Shown: positions 8,309-18,789 of the stretch, piece by piece
Layout of the letters: every line of letters starts with the position of its first letter
Numbering within the stretch: the first letter of the stretch is position 1
Assembly: GCA_965208105.1 (NCBI GenBank)
Contig: OZ242318.1
Location: 4,032,001-4,096,000 of the forward strand
Direction of reading: 5' to 3'
Origin: Candidatus Latescibacterota bacterium
GTDB lineage: Bacteria; Latescibacterota; UBA2968; UBA8231
Length of the DNA stretch: 64,000 bases
Notes under the pieces: model-generated
The model's database searches: none
What the model was told of the DNA's origin: nothing
Seen by the model: the letters and a program-made list of their open reading frames with translations, nothing else
Made by a program: the position numbers and the translations under genes

Positions 8309-10699
8309 TTGAGATCGGCTGAGGAACTCCAACGAGAAAACGGCGCGTTGCGGGAGCGCCTGGCCCGATTGATCGAGGTCAGCCTGCGCATCAACGAAAG
8401 CCTTGGTTTCGAAACGGTGGTGCAGGGCGTTCTGGACTCCACCCGATCGCTGACGGGGGCCCGGTATGGGGTGATTAGGATGGTCGACGATTCGGGACAG
8501 ACGGAGAGCTTCCTTTCCTCGGGGATGACCGCGGAGGAGGCGGGTCGACTGTGGGGCCAGCCCGACGGAATGCGCCTTTTCGACTACCTCGGCAGCCTTT
8601 CCGCCCCGCTTCGGCTGCGGGACCTTTTGGGCCATCTCTCCTCCAAGGGCTTTCCCGGCCTTTCACTGCCCGAGGAGGCGGGCTCGGAGGTCCCATATCT
8701 CGCCGCGCCGATACTCCACCAAAGCAGGCGAGTGGGAAACATCTTTCTGGCCGGCAAGCAAGGGGGAGAAGAATTCATCCAGGAAGATGAGGAGACTCTG
8801 GTCCTGTTCGCTTCGCAGGCCGCGCTGGTTTTGTCCAACGCCCGCAGATACCGCGACGAGCAGCGGGCCCGCACCGATCTGGAGACCCTGATCGACACCT
8901 CTCCGGTGGGCGTGATCGTCTGGGACGCGAGGACGGGAGTTCCGGTTTCGTTCAACCGGGAAGCCCGAAGGATCGCCGACGGTTTGCGCAATCCGGAGCA
9001 ATCGCCCGAGGAATTCCTCCAGGTCCTGACCTTTCGGCGAGGAGACGGCCGGGAAGTCTCCCTGGAACAGGTCTCCTTAGCCCAGGCGCTGAGCGAATGC
9101 GAGACGGTGCGGGTCGAGGAGATCGTCCTGCGGGTGCCCGACGGACGGTCGGTCACGGTTCTGCTCAATGCGACGCCGATCCGCTCGGAGGAGAACGGGG
9201 AGGTGGAGTCGGTGGTGATGACCCTGCAGGACATGACCTCTCTGATGGAGGTGGAACGGCTGCGGGCCGAGTTTCTCGCGATGGTGAGCCACGAGTTGCG
9301 CGCCCCTCTGACCTCCATCAAGGGATCCACGGCCACGGTGTTGGGCGACACCTCCGCCCTGAGCGTCGCCGAGATGGTTCAGTTCTTTCGCATCATCAAC
9401 CATCAGGCCGACCACATGAGCAGCCTGATCAAGGACCTGTTGGACCTTGCCCGCATCGGGAACGGCGCCTTGCAGGTCAATCCCGAGCCGGCTTCCGTGG
9501 ACAGCCTGGTGGACCAGGCCCGCAACACCTTCTTGAGCGGGGGCACATCGGGCGACGTTCGCATAGAGTTGGCGGCCGACCTTCCCCGGGTGATGGCCGA
9601 CCGGGGGCGTATCGTCCAGGTTTTGGGAAACTTGCTGTCCAACGCCTTCCGTCATTCTCCTAAATGGGGGTCACCCATCCTGGTATCGGCGGTATTGGAG
9701 GAGTTTTACGTGGCGATATCCGTTACGGACCGGGGCCGGGGAGTTTCAGCCGAGCAGCTGCCGCACCTGTTCCGGAAGTTTCCCCGCCTGGACGGGGAAG
9801 ACGGGGAGGGGAAAGGGGGGAAGGGCCTGGGCCTGGCCATCTGCAAAGGCATCGTGGAGTCCCACGGGGGCCGAATCTGGGCCGAAAGCGAAGGGGAGGG
9901 CCGGGGGACGCGCATCACCTTCACCCTCCCCACCGTCGAGGAGGCCGCAATGGCCGCTTCGGCGGCATCGGAGCCGGGCTTCGCCCGCCCTCAGCAGAGC
10001 GGAAAGAAGCCAGCCCCCATCCTGGTGGTGGACGACGACCCGCAGACCCTGCTGAGCGTTCGGGGCGCCTTGTCGAAGGCCGGCTACGTAACTATTGCAA
10101 CGGGAGATCCGGCGGAGGTGCCCCGCCTCCTGAAGGAGCACCGCCCCAACCTGGTGTTGCTGGACCTCGTTCTTCCGGAGGTCGACGGCATCGAGCTGAT
10201 GCGGGAGATTTTCGAAATGGCCGCCGTTCCGGTCCTCTTCCTTTCCGCTTATGGCCAGGACGAGGTGATTGCCCGGGCCTTCGACGCCGGGGCGGCCGAC
10301 TACGTGGTCAAGCCCTTCTCGCCGACCGAATTGACCGCCCGAATCCGGGCAATCCTGCGCCGGGGGGCCGCACCCTTCCGAGCCGAGCCGTCCGAACCCT
10401 GTGTACTGGGAGATTTGACCATCGACTACGTGGACCGGAGGGTGACCGTGGGTGGACGGCGGGTGCGATTGACCGACACCGAGTACCGGCTGCTGGTGGA
10501 GCTTTCGGTCCATCTGGGAAGGGTAGTGACCTACGAGGAGCTCCTGGAGCGGGTCTGGGGTGGGAAGACCCTGGGCGACCTGCGGCCGCTGCGCTCCACG
10601 GTGAAGAGCATCCGCCGCAAGCTGGGGGATGGCGCAAAGACCCCCGCCTACCTCTTCAACGAGTCTCGCGTCGGCTATCGCCTGGGAAGCGTGGAATAG
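8309..10699 (+). CDS. Cytoplasmic hybrid sensor kinase/response regulator (GAF-PAS-HisKA-HATPase-REC-OmpR wHTH)
   Basis: GAF end (EDEETLVLFASQAA), H-box SHELRAPLTSI, N-box NLLSNA, DRGRG, GKGLGL, REC VVDDD/LLD/KP, and C-terminal LTDTEYRLL...IRRKLG...RVGYRL. Confidence 0.9.
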   Translation: MRSAEELQRENGALRERLARLIEVSLRINESLGFETVVQGVLDSTRSLTGARYGVIRMVDDSGQTESFLSSGMTAEEAGRLWGQPDGMRLFDYLGSLSAPLRLRDLLGHLSSKGFPGLSLPEEAGSEVPYLAAPILHQSRRVGNIFLAGKQGGEEFIQEDEETLVLFASQAALVLSNARRYRDEQRARTDLETLIDTSPVGVIVWDARTGVPVSFNREARRIADGLRNPEQSPEEFLQVLTFRRGDGREVSLEQVSLAQALSECETVRVEEIVLRVPDGRSVTVLLNATPIRSEENGEVESVVMTLQDMTSLMEVERLRAEFLAMVSHELRAPLTSIKGSTATVLGDTSALSVAEMVQFFRIINHQADHMSSLIKDLLDLARIGNGALQVNPEPASVDSLVDQARNTFLSGGTSGDVRIELAADLPRVMADRGRIVQVLGNLLSNAFRHSPKWGSPILVSAVLEEFYVAISVTDRGRGVSAEQLPHLFRKFPRLDGEDGEGKGGKGLGLAICKGIVESHGGRIWAESEGEGRGTRITFTLPTVEEAAMAASAASEPGFARPQQSGKKPAPILVVDDDPQTLLSVRGALSKAGYVTIATGDPAEVPRLLKEHRPNLVLLDLVLPEVDGIELMREIFEMAAVPVLFLSAYGQDEVIARAFDAGAADYVVKPFSPTELTARIRAILRRGAAPFRAEPSEPCVLGDLTIDYVDRRVTVGGRRVRLTDTEYRLLVELSVHLGRVVTYEELLERVWGGKTLGDLRPLRSTVKSIRRKLGDGAKTPAYLFNESRVGYRLGSVE

Positions 10700-10738
10700 G
10701 AAAAGTTCCGGGTCGTGCAGGTGGGAGAGACGGCCACG

Positions 10739-11689
10739 TCAGTATCCACAGCGCTCAGCGGCCCTGAAGAACGGTTCGGAGACGGCGGAGGCGCCGTGAT
10801 AGGTCATATCGCTGGCCATGTAGTGGACGCAGATAAGGCGGGCCCCGTTCTCCATTGCGACAACCATTCCGTCCTCTATGTCACGGGGGTCCTCCATCGA
10901 GCCGCTGCCCACTACCCTGCCGAGGCAGACACCGCGCTGTGAAGCGGCGCGGAACAGATCGTTGATGGCGTCTTCGATCTCGGGGATGTCTCCTTCCCGG
11001 AGGATGGCGTCGAACGGGCCGACGAAGCCACAGGCTTTGTTCCTGCCCTGGGCGGCCATCAGATCCAGGATGCGGTCGCGCAAACCCAGGTCGAGGATAT
11101 ACTCGGCCGTCTCGAACTGGATCCAGCCCTGGGTCTCGGTTTCGGTGCTGCGAAGAGAACCGGGGGTGAACATCATGGTGCGGTCGCCGGTGCGGACCGG
11201 GTAGCCTCCGCGGTCCTCCGCCCCGGCCTGTCCGGGGATGGGAAAATTTATGGCGCGGAAATAGCTCTCGGCTTCTTCGTAGGTTGTTCCATATGGCCGC
11301 ATTGTAGCGCGCGCTCCCAACTGAAAGGCATCGCCGTGCTGGCTGCGCGCTTCGCGGTGCAGGCGCTGAATGGGCAGCAGCCCCAGACTCGCCTCGGCGA
11401 AGTTTTGTTCCCTTCCGTACCACCCCTCCCACTGCCCGTGCTCTCCGTCGTTGACAATCCAGGTGAATCCCGCCTTCGCCCATGCGTGGGCTTCACTCCG
11501 GCGGAATCCGTGCCAGGGTATGTCGTTGAAGATCCCGAGAAGCGGCGGGATATCTGCAAAGGACTCGGCACGGTCCAGAATTTCCTTCAGGGAATTGCGG
11601 GCGGGATTCAGGGCATGGGCATGGGCGCGGCGGGCGAACTCCTCGGCCTTCAACGGCCGGTTTCCCCCGATCGCTTCAATGGCATTCAC
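10739..11689 (-). CDS. HpcH/HpaI aldolase family protein
   Basis: DGEHG, QFET and FVGPFD motifs. GTG start at 11689 with GGAGG SD overlaps the upstream stop (GTGA). Confidence 0.7.
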   Translation of the reverse strand: MNAIEAIGGNRPLKAEEFARRAHAHALNPARNSLKEILDRAESFADIPPLLGIFNDIPWHGFRRSEAHAWAKAGFTWIVNDGEHGQWEGWYGREQNFAEASLGLLPIQRLHREARSQHGDAFQLGARATMRPYGTTYEEAESYFRAINFPIPGQAGAEDRGGYPVRTGDRTMMFTPGSLRSTETETQGWIQFETAEYILDLGLRDRILDLMAAQGRNKACGFVGPFDAILREGDIPEIEDAINDLFRAASQRGVCLGRVVGSGSMEDPRDIEDGMVVAMENGARLICVHYMASDMTYHGASAVSEPFFRAAERCGY

Positions 11690-12423
11690 GTATTTTCCTC
11701 CGTCGTTTTTTCCCCCATGGGATGCGGGCACTGCTTGCGTAGAATGCACGAGTTACAAAGAGGCTTGGCCTTGCAGAATGTGGTGGCGTGTTTTACCAGC
11801 AGGGCGTGGTATTCGTTGAAAAGGACAGGGTCGGCAGGCAGTGCCTGAACAAACCGGGACTGCAACTCTGCATTGCTTATGGATAGGTCGACAAGACCCA
11901 GGCGGGCACAGATCCTCCGCGTGTAGGAGTCCACCACGAAAGTCGGGTATTGGGCGGCGTAGAGCAGGATGGAGTCTGCGGTCTCCGGCCCGATTCCATT
12001 CAGGGCGAGCAGTTCCTGGCGCAATGCTTCCAGCGGGCGTTTGAGCAGGGAGGCGGTATCGCCATGGTGCTCCAGAATGTATTGCGAAATCAGATGAAGC
12101 CTGCGCGCTTTTTGGTTGAAGTACCCCGCGGGCCGTATGAGCCGTGCCAGCTCTGCTCGGTCCAGGTTGGACAGGGGAACCAGGTCCAGCACCTGCCGCG
12201 AGCAAAGTGCGTGGAGGGCCTGCTCGACGTTGTGCCAGGCCGTGTTCTGGGTGAGGACGGCGCCGACGACGATCTCCCATTGCTCGCGGGAGCTCAGGGA
12301 CCGCGTGCCCTCTCCCGGATAGTAGCGCGGCCGGGTCTCACCCGACGGCGTAGTCGGCCACCAGCCCTGGGGGCCGAAATACTGGTAGAGTCTGTCGTAA
12401 AGAAGGCGCAATGGCTGTTGCAC
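11686..12423 (-). CDS. HhH-GPD endonuclease III-related DNA glycosylase
   Basis: GPQGWWP, GAVLTQNTAW, HhH GIGPETADSILLYA, FVVDSYTRR, C-terminal Cys cluster (FCKAKPLCNSC..C). Start inferred at GTG 12423. Confidence 0.88.
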   Translation of the reverse strand: MQQPLRLLYDRLYQYFGPQGWWPTTPSGETRPRYYPGEGTRSLSSREQWEIVVGAVLTQNTAWHNVEQALHALCSRQVLDLVPLSNLDRAELARLIRPAGYFNQKARRLHLISQYILEHHGDTASLLKRPLEALRQELLALNGIGPETADSILLYAAQYPTFVVDSYTRRICARLGLVDLSISNAELQSRFVQALPADPVLFNEYHALLVKHATTFCKAKPLCNSCILRKQCPHPMGEKTTEENT

Positions 12424-12612
12424 GGGTCCGTCCGGCTGCCGGAAATTTCCAGAGGTTGAGAAGATGGGCCAATGGGAGCGAAGGGGCAAGAATGGGGATT
12501 CCCGGACCGGGCATTCGGGCTGGATGGGGGAGATCGCAATACTTAGATTCACCGGCACCTGAGCCGAAGGGCGGAACCACCCTGGACCTTCCAAAAAACT
12601 GGAGAATCCCAA

Positions 12613-13749
12613 ATGACATCGAGAAAGACCTATCGCGCCGCTGCCATCGGCCGCACCGGCGGCGGCGGATATGGGCACGGGTTGCACAAAGCGTTCCGGG
12701 AACTGGATAACGTCGAGTTCGTGGCTCTCGCCGACGAGGACGAAGGGGGCCGTTGCGAGGCCCGGGAGGAAACGGGGGTGCCGAAGGCCTACTCGGACTA
12801 CCGGGAAATGCTGCGCCGGGAGCGCCCCGATATCGTCAGCGTGGGACCGCGCTGGACGGACTGTCATCTCGAGATGGTCCTGGCCTCCCTCGAGACGGGG
12901 GCGCACGTGTACTGCGAAAAGCCCATGACCGCCGACCTGGAGGAGGGCGACCAGATTGTCAGCATGGCCGCCGCCGCGGGCAGGAAGGTGGCCGTAGCGC
13001 ATCAGGGCGTCTACCTGGGCGGCACGCGCAGGGTGAAGCAGGTGTTGGAGGAAGGCCGCATCGGCCGTCTGCAGGCCATCTACGCCCATGGCAAGCAGGA
13101 CTCGCGCGGCGGCGGGGAGGACATGATCGTCCTGGGCACCCATCTCTTCAATACCATGCGGTTCTTCGCCGGCGACGTCGCCTGGATGTCAGCCCATGTA
13201 ACCGTCGGCGGCCGGGCTATCGAACCTGGCGACGTCCGGGACCCCACAGAGCCCGTGGGCCCCGTTGCCGGCGATTGCGTCAACAGCTACTTCGCCTTCG
13301 AGAATGGCGTGTCGGGTTTTTTCGATTCGCGCAGGGATCAGCCCGGCCGCGGCAGGAACTTCGGCATGGAGATCGTCGGGAGCGAGGGGCGCATCGCCCT
13401 CAAGGGCGGCAGCGGCAGCGACATCATGATCTATCCCTACCCGGCTTTCGAGGCATCTTCCAGGGAGCAGGAATGGCAGGCGCTCGATGGAGTGCAGCAG
13501 CAGGACCTGCAGGCTGACGGCAACACCGCGGCCGTCGCCGATTTGATCGAGGCCATCGAAACAGACCGGGAGCCCGTCTCCAGCGCCCGCAGCGCGGTTG
13601 CCGCCCTGGAAATGATTCTGGGGTCTTACGAAGCGCAGATCACCGGGGGTCGGGTGGCGCTCCCCATGCAGCGGCGCCATCCTTTGATCGCCTGGAAGGA
13701 AGGATTCTATGACCGCCGGGGCGGTCCCGCACGAGATCATACCCAGTAA
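12613..13749 (+). CDS. Gfo/Idh/MocA family oxidoreductase
   Basis: N-terminal Rossmann fold, HVYCEKP, GTH. Confidence 0.9.
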   Translation: MTSRKTYRAAAIGRTGGGGYGHGLHKAFRELDNVEFVALADEDEGGRCEAREETGVPKAYSDYREMLRRERPDIVSVGPRWTDCHLEMVLASLETGAHVYCEKPMTADLEEGDQIVSMAAAAGRKVAVAHQGVYLGGTRRVKQVLEEGRIGRLQAIYAHGKQDSRGGGEDMIVLGTHLFNTMRFFAGDVAWMSAHVTVGGRAIEPGDVRDPTEPVGPVAGDCVNSYFAFENGVSGFFDSRRDQPGRGRNFGMEIVGSEGRIALKGGSGSDIMIYPYPAFEASSREQEWQALDGVQQQDLQADGNTAAVADLIEAIETDREPVSSARSAVAALEMILGSYEAQITGGRVALPMQRRHPLIAWKEGFYDRRGGPARDHTQ

Positions 13750-15148
13750 CAATCTGCCTCCGCCGCAGTACCGGGATTTGCCCGAGCCCCCTTCTTCATG
13801 GAGGCGGCTGGTGGGGCCCAGCATTCTGCTCCTGGGACTATCCATCGGCAGTGGAGAGTTCGTGCTTTGGCCCTACATCACCTACAAGTTCGGGTTCGTG
13901 GTGTTCTGGGCATGCATGGTCGGGGTTACGACCCAGTTTTTCATAAACATGGAGATCGAGCGCTGGACCCTGGCCACCGGGGAGACGGCGGTGACCGGGT
14001 TCTGCCGGCTTTGGAAGCACTGGGCCTGGATCTTCCTGCTGTGCAACGTGATTCCCTGGATGTGGCCAGGCTGGGCTTCGGGAGCGGCCACCTTGTTCAC
14101 CTGGGAGGTCGGCGGCGGGGAGACGGTGCGGGTGGTCTTCGCCGTGGGCAGCCTGATCGCGGTGGGCCTTGCCCTGTCCCTGGGACCGGTGGTCTACAAC
14201 ACGGTCGAGCGCATCCAGATGGTCCTCGTCACCGTGGTGCTCCTCTTCCTGCTGGTCATTTTTTTCCTGGTTGTAGAACCGGGCCACATCATCGATATGG
14301 TCAAAGGGATAGCCTCGGTAGGGCACATTCCCGCGGACATGGAGCTGCCGCTGCTCCTGGGAGCTATTGCATTCGCCGGGGCTGGGGGCACGATGAATCT
14401 GGCTCAAAGCGGGTTTGTCCGCGACAAGGGATATGCCATGGGACGCTACGTCGGCCGGCTCACCAGCCCCCTGACGGGCAAGGAGGAGCCTGTTGCCGAC
14501 GTCGGATTCCACTTCGAGCTCAGCGAAGAGAACATGAGCCGCTGGCAGGGCTGGTGGAAGGCGGCCAACCGGGAGCACTTTGTCTCCTTCTATCTGCTCT
14601 CGGCACTTTCCCTCATGATGCTCGCGCTGATTTCCTACAGCGTGGCTCGACAGACGCCCGGCCTCGAAAGCGGACTGGGTTTCATCCGCGCCGAGGGCGA
14701 ATTCATGAACCAGCACTACGGGGCGGTGGTGCAACACCTGTTTCACTGGATGGGAATCGTAATCCTGCTGACAACCGAGTTGGGATTGCTCGACGCCTGC
14801 GCGCGGATCTCCACCGACATAATCAAGGTCAACTGGTTGCGCGACAGCCCCCGCTGGAGCGAAAGCCGGATATACTTCGCGGCCCTGTGGGCGCAGATCG
14901 CCTTTGGCTGCCTGATCATGCTGACTGACTTCAATCAGCCGCTGGTCCTGTTGGTTTTCAGCGCTTCGCTCAACGGCGGAGTGATGCTGCTCTATGCCGT
15001 GCTGCTGCTGTGGATGAACAACAGGGTCCTGCACAACAAGCTGGCCATGCACAAAGTCCGCTTCGTGGTTCTCGTGTGGGCCTGCTCGTTCTTCGGCTAT
15101 TTCACCATAGTCACGCTGAAAAACCAATTGCCCAGATTGTGGCAATAA
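13709..15148 (+). CDS. Nramp/APC-superfamily-like membrane transporter
   Basis: GPSILLLGLSIGSGE..WP, N.EI.RWTLATGE, GA.AFAGAGG; about 11 hydrophobic segments. Confidence 0.7.
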   Translation: MTAGAVPHEIIPSNNLPPPQYRDLPEPPSSWRRLVGPSILLLGLSIGSGEFVLWPYITYKFGFVVFWACMVGVTTQFFINMEIERWTLATGETAVTGFCRLWKHWAWIFLLCNVIPWMWPGWASGAATLFTWEVGGGETVRVVFAVGSLIAVGLALSLGPVVYNTVERIQMVLVTVVLLFLLVIFFLVVEPGHIIDMVKGIASVGHIPADMELPLLLGAIAFAGAGGTMNLAQSGFVRDKGYAMGRYVGRLTSPLTGKEEPVADVGFHFELSEENMSRWQGWWKAANREHFVSFYLLSALSLMMLALISYSVARQTPGLESGLGFIRAEGEFMNQHYGAVVQHLFHWMGIVILLTTELGLLDACARISTDIIKVNWLRDSPRWSESRIYFAALWAQIAFGCLIMLTDFNQPLVLLVFSASLNGGVMLLYAVLLLWMNNRVLHNKLAMHKVRFVVLVWACSFFGYFTIVTLKNQLPRLWQ

Positions 15149-15163
15149 GGAGGGAAGATTCTC

Positions 15164-16180
15164 ATGGGACTCAGAATGGGCTTTGCGCTCGTGGTGATCG
15201 GGGCACACGCTTTTGTCTCTCTCGGCTGCCAGAGCGCAGCCCTGCGCTCGGCCAAGCTCTACCAGCAGCAGGGGAATTGGGAGCTCGCCCTGGAGCAGCT
15301 AAAGCTCGCCGTGGCTGAAAATCCCCAGGACCATGAAGCCCATTTCCTCCTGGGGGAAGCCCATGCCCGCACAGGCGATTACGAAAATATGAACGCGGCT
15401 TTCGACAGGGCCCTGGAGCTGAGCGCCCGCTGGCAGGAGAAGGTGAAAAATGAGAGAAGACGGGTCTGGGTGGAGCACTACAACAGGGGAATCACCGCCC
15501 TGCAGGAGGAGGACTTCGCGGCCGCGTCGATGGAATACGAGAAAGCCACCGTCATCGATCCCACCGAACCGGATGCATTCAACAATCTGGCCTTCGCCTA
15601 CTTCAAGATGGACAGGATGGACGATTGCATCGCCGCCTACCTGAAGGCGCTGGAACTCACCCCGGAGAACACGGAGCTTCTGACCAATATTGGTATTTTC
15701 TACTCCAACAAGGGAGAGTTCGACGAGGCGGTCGCCTACCTCGAGCGGGGGTTGAACCTGGGCGGGGAGACCGCGAATCTGCTCAGGACCCTGGGCGACG
15801 CCTATGCCGGCCTTGAGAAAAATGACCAGGCGCTGGGGGTCTACGCCAGGGCCATGGAGCTGAATCCCGACGATCCCCGCCTGCTGGTCCGCGTGGGCAG
15901 GACACACTGGATCTCAGGTGACTACGATCAGGCCGAGAAATACTACACCCGCGCCCTGAACCTGGACCCCGATGATACCGAGACCCTCTACGACCTGGCC
16001 GCGACCTATGTCAAGATGGAAAAGATGGAGGACGCCCGCCCTGTGCTCGAGAAGCTGGTCGAGATGGACCCTGGGAACGGAGATGGCTGGTATTGGCTGG
16101 GTTACGTCTATGCCCACCTGGATATGGCCGAGGAGAGCGAGGGCGCCTTTGCAAAGGCCGAGAAGCTGAAAGCCCGGTAG
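15164..16180 (+). CDS. Tetratricopeptide-repeat lipoprotein
   Basis: Lipobox-like SLGC; many 34-aa TPR units (A..LG..Y...A..L.P). Confidence 0.88.
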   Translation: MGLRMGFALVVIGAHAFVSLGCQSAALRSAKLYQQQGNWELALEQLKLAVAENPQDHEAHFLLGEAHARTGDYENMNAAFDRALELSARWQEKVKNERRRVWVEHYNRGITALQEEDFAAASMEYEKATVIDPTEPDAFNNLAFAYFKMDRMDDCIAAYLKALELTPENTELLTNIGIFYSNKGEFDEAVAYLERGLNLGGETANLLRTLGDAYAGLEKNDQALGVYARAMELNPDDPRLLVRVGRTHWISGDYDQAEKYYTRALNLDPDDTETLYDLAATYVKMEKMEDARPVLEKLVEMDPGNGDGWYWLGYVYAHLDMAEESEGAFAKAEKLKAR

Positions 16181-16187
16181 TCCCCTC

Positions 16188-17183
16188 TCAACCCTTCAAC
16201 AGCCGCCGGGCCGCTTCCCTGCCCCTGACCCCGCAGCGTACCAGCTGGTTGGAAAATCCTTCCACCGTGAAATAGGAGACCAGATCGCCTCCGAAGCCGC
16301 GCTTGAAAAGGGCTATGGAGGGAATGTTGGCGCCGCCGAAATCGAATTTTCCACAAGTGGTTTGGGCCAGGAAGCGCCAGTAGAGCAGGGAGGCTGAGCC
16401 GGAGGAAGCATAGGCGGGATTCTGACCGGCGACCCAGGCGTAGGCCGTGTCGAAGCCCTTGACGAAGACGACGATGGAGGCCGCTTCGCCGGCGGCAGAC
16501 TCCACCACGAAGGCCTCGGCCAGATTCTTCCCGAGAACGCCCTGGGCGAATCGCTCGACCAGGGCCGGGTCCACGGGCGCCTTCTCGTCCTGCCGGGCGT
16601 AGACCGAGGTGTATTGACGCCGGAGCAGATCCATATCGTCGGTTGCACGAAAATGGAACCCCGCCCTCTCCGCCTTCCGAATCACGGTTCGCGTCCGGCG
16701 TTCCAGGCGTTCCCAGATGCTGTCGAGATCGGGGAAGGACAGTTGGTAGGTATAGCGCACGCCTGCCTCCCAGCCCGCCCAGGTGAAAGGCCGCACATCC
16801 TGGATGGACGGGGCGTGAATCAGGCGGACGTGGCCGTAGCTGCGGGTCAGGTGGTCTGCCAGAACCCGCGCGGCGCGGTTCCACTCGGCTTCAACTTTTG
16901 CAGGTCCCTTGCTCGGAACGGGGGCGCAAAGCAGGCCTCCATGGGGGCTGAGCACGGGTGTGCTCAGCTGCCTTATGCGGCCGCGGCGGTTTTCCAGTCC
17001 GGAGATTCCTGCAATCAGCCGGCCGTTCTTGTAGCAGCCGTAGCAGCGCACCTCGCCTCCCGCCGCATCCTGAGCGCAGTCGAGCCAGGAGCGGGTGGAA
17101 AAAATGGAGCCTCCTGCCAGGCGGACAAAACCATCCCAGGCGGCGGAATCTGTTACTTCAAGAATTTCGTAGGAGTCGGACAT
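16188..17183 (-). CDS. GNAT family (FemAB-like) acetyltransferase
   Basis: WDGFV...GSIFS..WL, RTVIRKAE, LLYW, FDFGGAN..IA.FKRGFGG. Confidence 0.8.
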   Translation of the reverse strand: MSDSYEILEVTDSAAWDGFVRLAGGSIFSTRSWLDCAQDAAGGEVRCYGCYKNGRLIAGISGLENRRGRIRQLSTPVLSPHGGLLCAPVPSKGPAKVEAEWNRAARVLADHLTRSYGHVRLIHAPSIQDVRPFTWAGWEAGVRYTYQLSFPDLDSIWERLERRTRTVIRKAERAGFHFRATDDMDLLRRQYTSVYARQDEKAPVDPALVERFAQGVLGKNLAEAFVVESAAGEAASIVVFVKGFDTAYAWVAGQNPAYASSGSASLLYWRFLAQTTCGKFDFGGANIPSIALFKRGFGGDLVSYFTVEGFSNQLVRCGVRGREAARRLLKG

Positions 17184-17405
17184 GGTGGGCGGAACCTGTA
17201 AGGCGAGCGCGCGCAGGTCCAGCGGATCTCCCTCGCGGCGGCCGGCACATTGGATTTCACCTTGATATAACCATAGTCAATTCGCATTTCAAGCGCATTC
17301 CCGGCGCCTCCGAATCAAGGCCGAATGCGCATCCCGGACCCCAAGCCCGCGAATTGCACTCCGCTGCAACACGCCGCGAGGCCAGGCCCGACCTTGTATT
17401 GTCTA

Positions 17406-17434
17406 TTGACATCTTCTGATTCAACTCCTATATT
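17406..17434 (+). promoter_or_regulatory. Sigma70 promoter of the ilvC-leu operon
   Basis: TTGACA-N17-TATATT, near consensus. Confidence 0.65.
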
Positions 17435-17486
17435 ATCAAAGCCGAATAACAATCATAACTACTTGACGTTTTTAGAGTTGTCTCTT

Positions 17487-17710
17487 ATGCAGGCGAAGCG
17501 GACAGGCACCTTTCAACCCATTCCCCCGGAGATTCTCCGCGTCCGCCTCTCGGAACTTCCGCACATCTTGCCTCTTGGATTGGCACTGCCGCTAATCATC
17601 CTTCTTACCCTGGTTTTGCTCAGCTAGGGCTTCGTTTCATTTTCTTTCAGCGCACAACTCAAGAATGCAAACGAAGCCTCTGAAGAAACTTCAAAGGCCG
17701 CGGGCTGATT
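17487..17710 (+). promoter_or_regulatory. Putative Leu/Ile/Val leader peptide (17487-17627) and attenuator
   Basis: 46-codon ORF ending ILPLGLALPLIILLTLVLLS*, followed by overlapping alternative stems 17628-17637/17669-17678 and 17676-17698. Confidence 0.6.
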
Positions 17711-17764
17711 TTGCCAATGCCATTTCTCAAATCACCATTCTAAACGACAGGAGATAGACCTGCC

Positions 17765-18757
17765 ATGCAGATGTACTATGACGACGACGCCAATCTGGAA
17801 CTTCTCGGCGATAAAACCGTGGCGGTTATCGGCTACGGCAGCCAAGGCCACGCCCACGCGCTGAACCTGAAGGAAAGCGGCGTCCGCGTGGTTGTGGGTC
17901 TCCGCCAGGGCAGCTCCAGCCGTGAGGACGCAGAGAAGGAGGGACTGGAGGTTTTGGATATTGCAGCAGCGGCAGCTGAGGGCGACATCGTCATGATTCT
18001 TATAAACGATGAGGTCCAACGCCGGGTCTACGAGGCGGATATCAAGCCCCACCTCAAAGCCGGCGACGCGCTGGCCTTTGCTCACGGATTCAACATTCAT
18101 TTTCAGCAGATCGTGCCGCCGGCCAATGTGGACGTGTTCATGGTGGCCCCCAAGGGACCGGGCCACCTGGTGCGGCGGGTCTACGAGCAGGGAGGTGGAG
18201 TGCCTGCGCTGCTGGCGGTATACCAGGACGCCAGCGGAAGGGCGCACGAGGTCGGTCTGGCCTATGCAAAAGGCATCGGCGCGGGCAGGGCCGGCGTGAT
18301 AGCGACCACCTTTCGCGAGGAGACGGAGACCGACCTCTTCGGCGAGCAGGCCGTCCTCTGCGGTGGCGTCAGCGAGCTGATACACGCCGGATTCGACACC
18401 CTGGTGGATGCGGGGTACCAGCCTGAAATCGCCTATTTCGAGTGTCTCCACGAGGTCAAGCTGATCGTCGATCTGATCTACGAGGGGGGTATCGCCAATA
18501 TGCGCTCCTCCATTTCGGACACCGCCGAGTTCGGCGACCTCACTCGCGGCAAGCGGATCATTACAGATGAGACACGGCAGGCCATGAAGGCAATTCTGGA
18601 TGAGGTCCAGACCGGGCAATTCGCCAGGGAATGGCTGCAGGAAAACGAGGTGGGTCGCCCGGTCTACAACGCGCGCAAGCGGCAGGACCAGGAGCACCTT
18701 GTCGAAGAGGTCGGCGCAAAGCTGCGCGGCATGATGAGCTGGCTGGACAAGCGGTAA
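17765..18757 (+). CDS. ilvC: Ketol-acid reductoisomerase
   Basis: [53 protein letters not shown]. Confidence 0.97.
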   Translation: MQMYYDDDANLELLGDKTVAVIGYGSQGHAHALNLKESGVRVVVGLRQGSSSREDAEKEGLEVLDIAAAAAEGDIVMILINDEVQRRVYEADIKPHLKAGDALAFAHGFNIHFQQIVPPANVDVFMVAPKGPGHLVRRVYEQGGGVPALLAVYQDASGRAHEVGLAYAKGIGAGRAGVIATTFREETETDLFGEQAVLCGGVSELIHAGFDTLVDAGYQPEIAYFECLHEVKLIVDLIYEGGIANMRSSISDTAEFGDLTRGKRIITDETRQAMKAILDEVQTGQFAREWLQENEVGRPVYNARKRQDQEHLVEEVGAKLRGMMSWLDKR

Positions 18758-18789
18758 CATCGGGATTCTCGAGAAAGGGGGTGAGACAG

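Noticed and set aside
12424-13143. N-terminal extension of the 485-aa ORF suggesting a fused glycosylase
   Set aside because: The extension overlaps the opposite-strand Gfo/Idh/MocA gene; homology-like sequence starts near 12423.
13709-13749. 41-bp overlap between the oxidoreductase and transporter genes as a frameshift signal
   Set aside because: Both proteins appear complete; a short tail extension or start-site uncertainty explains it.
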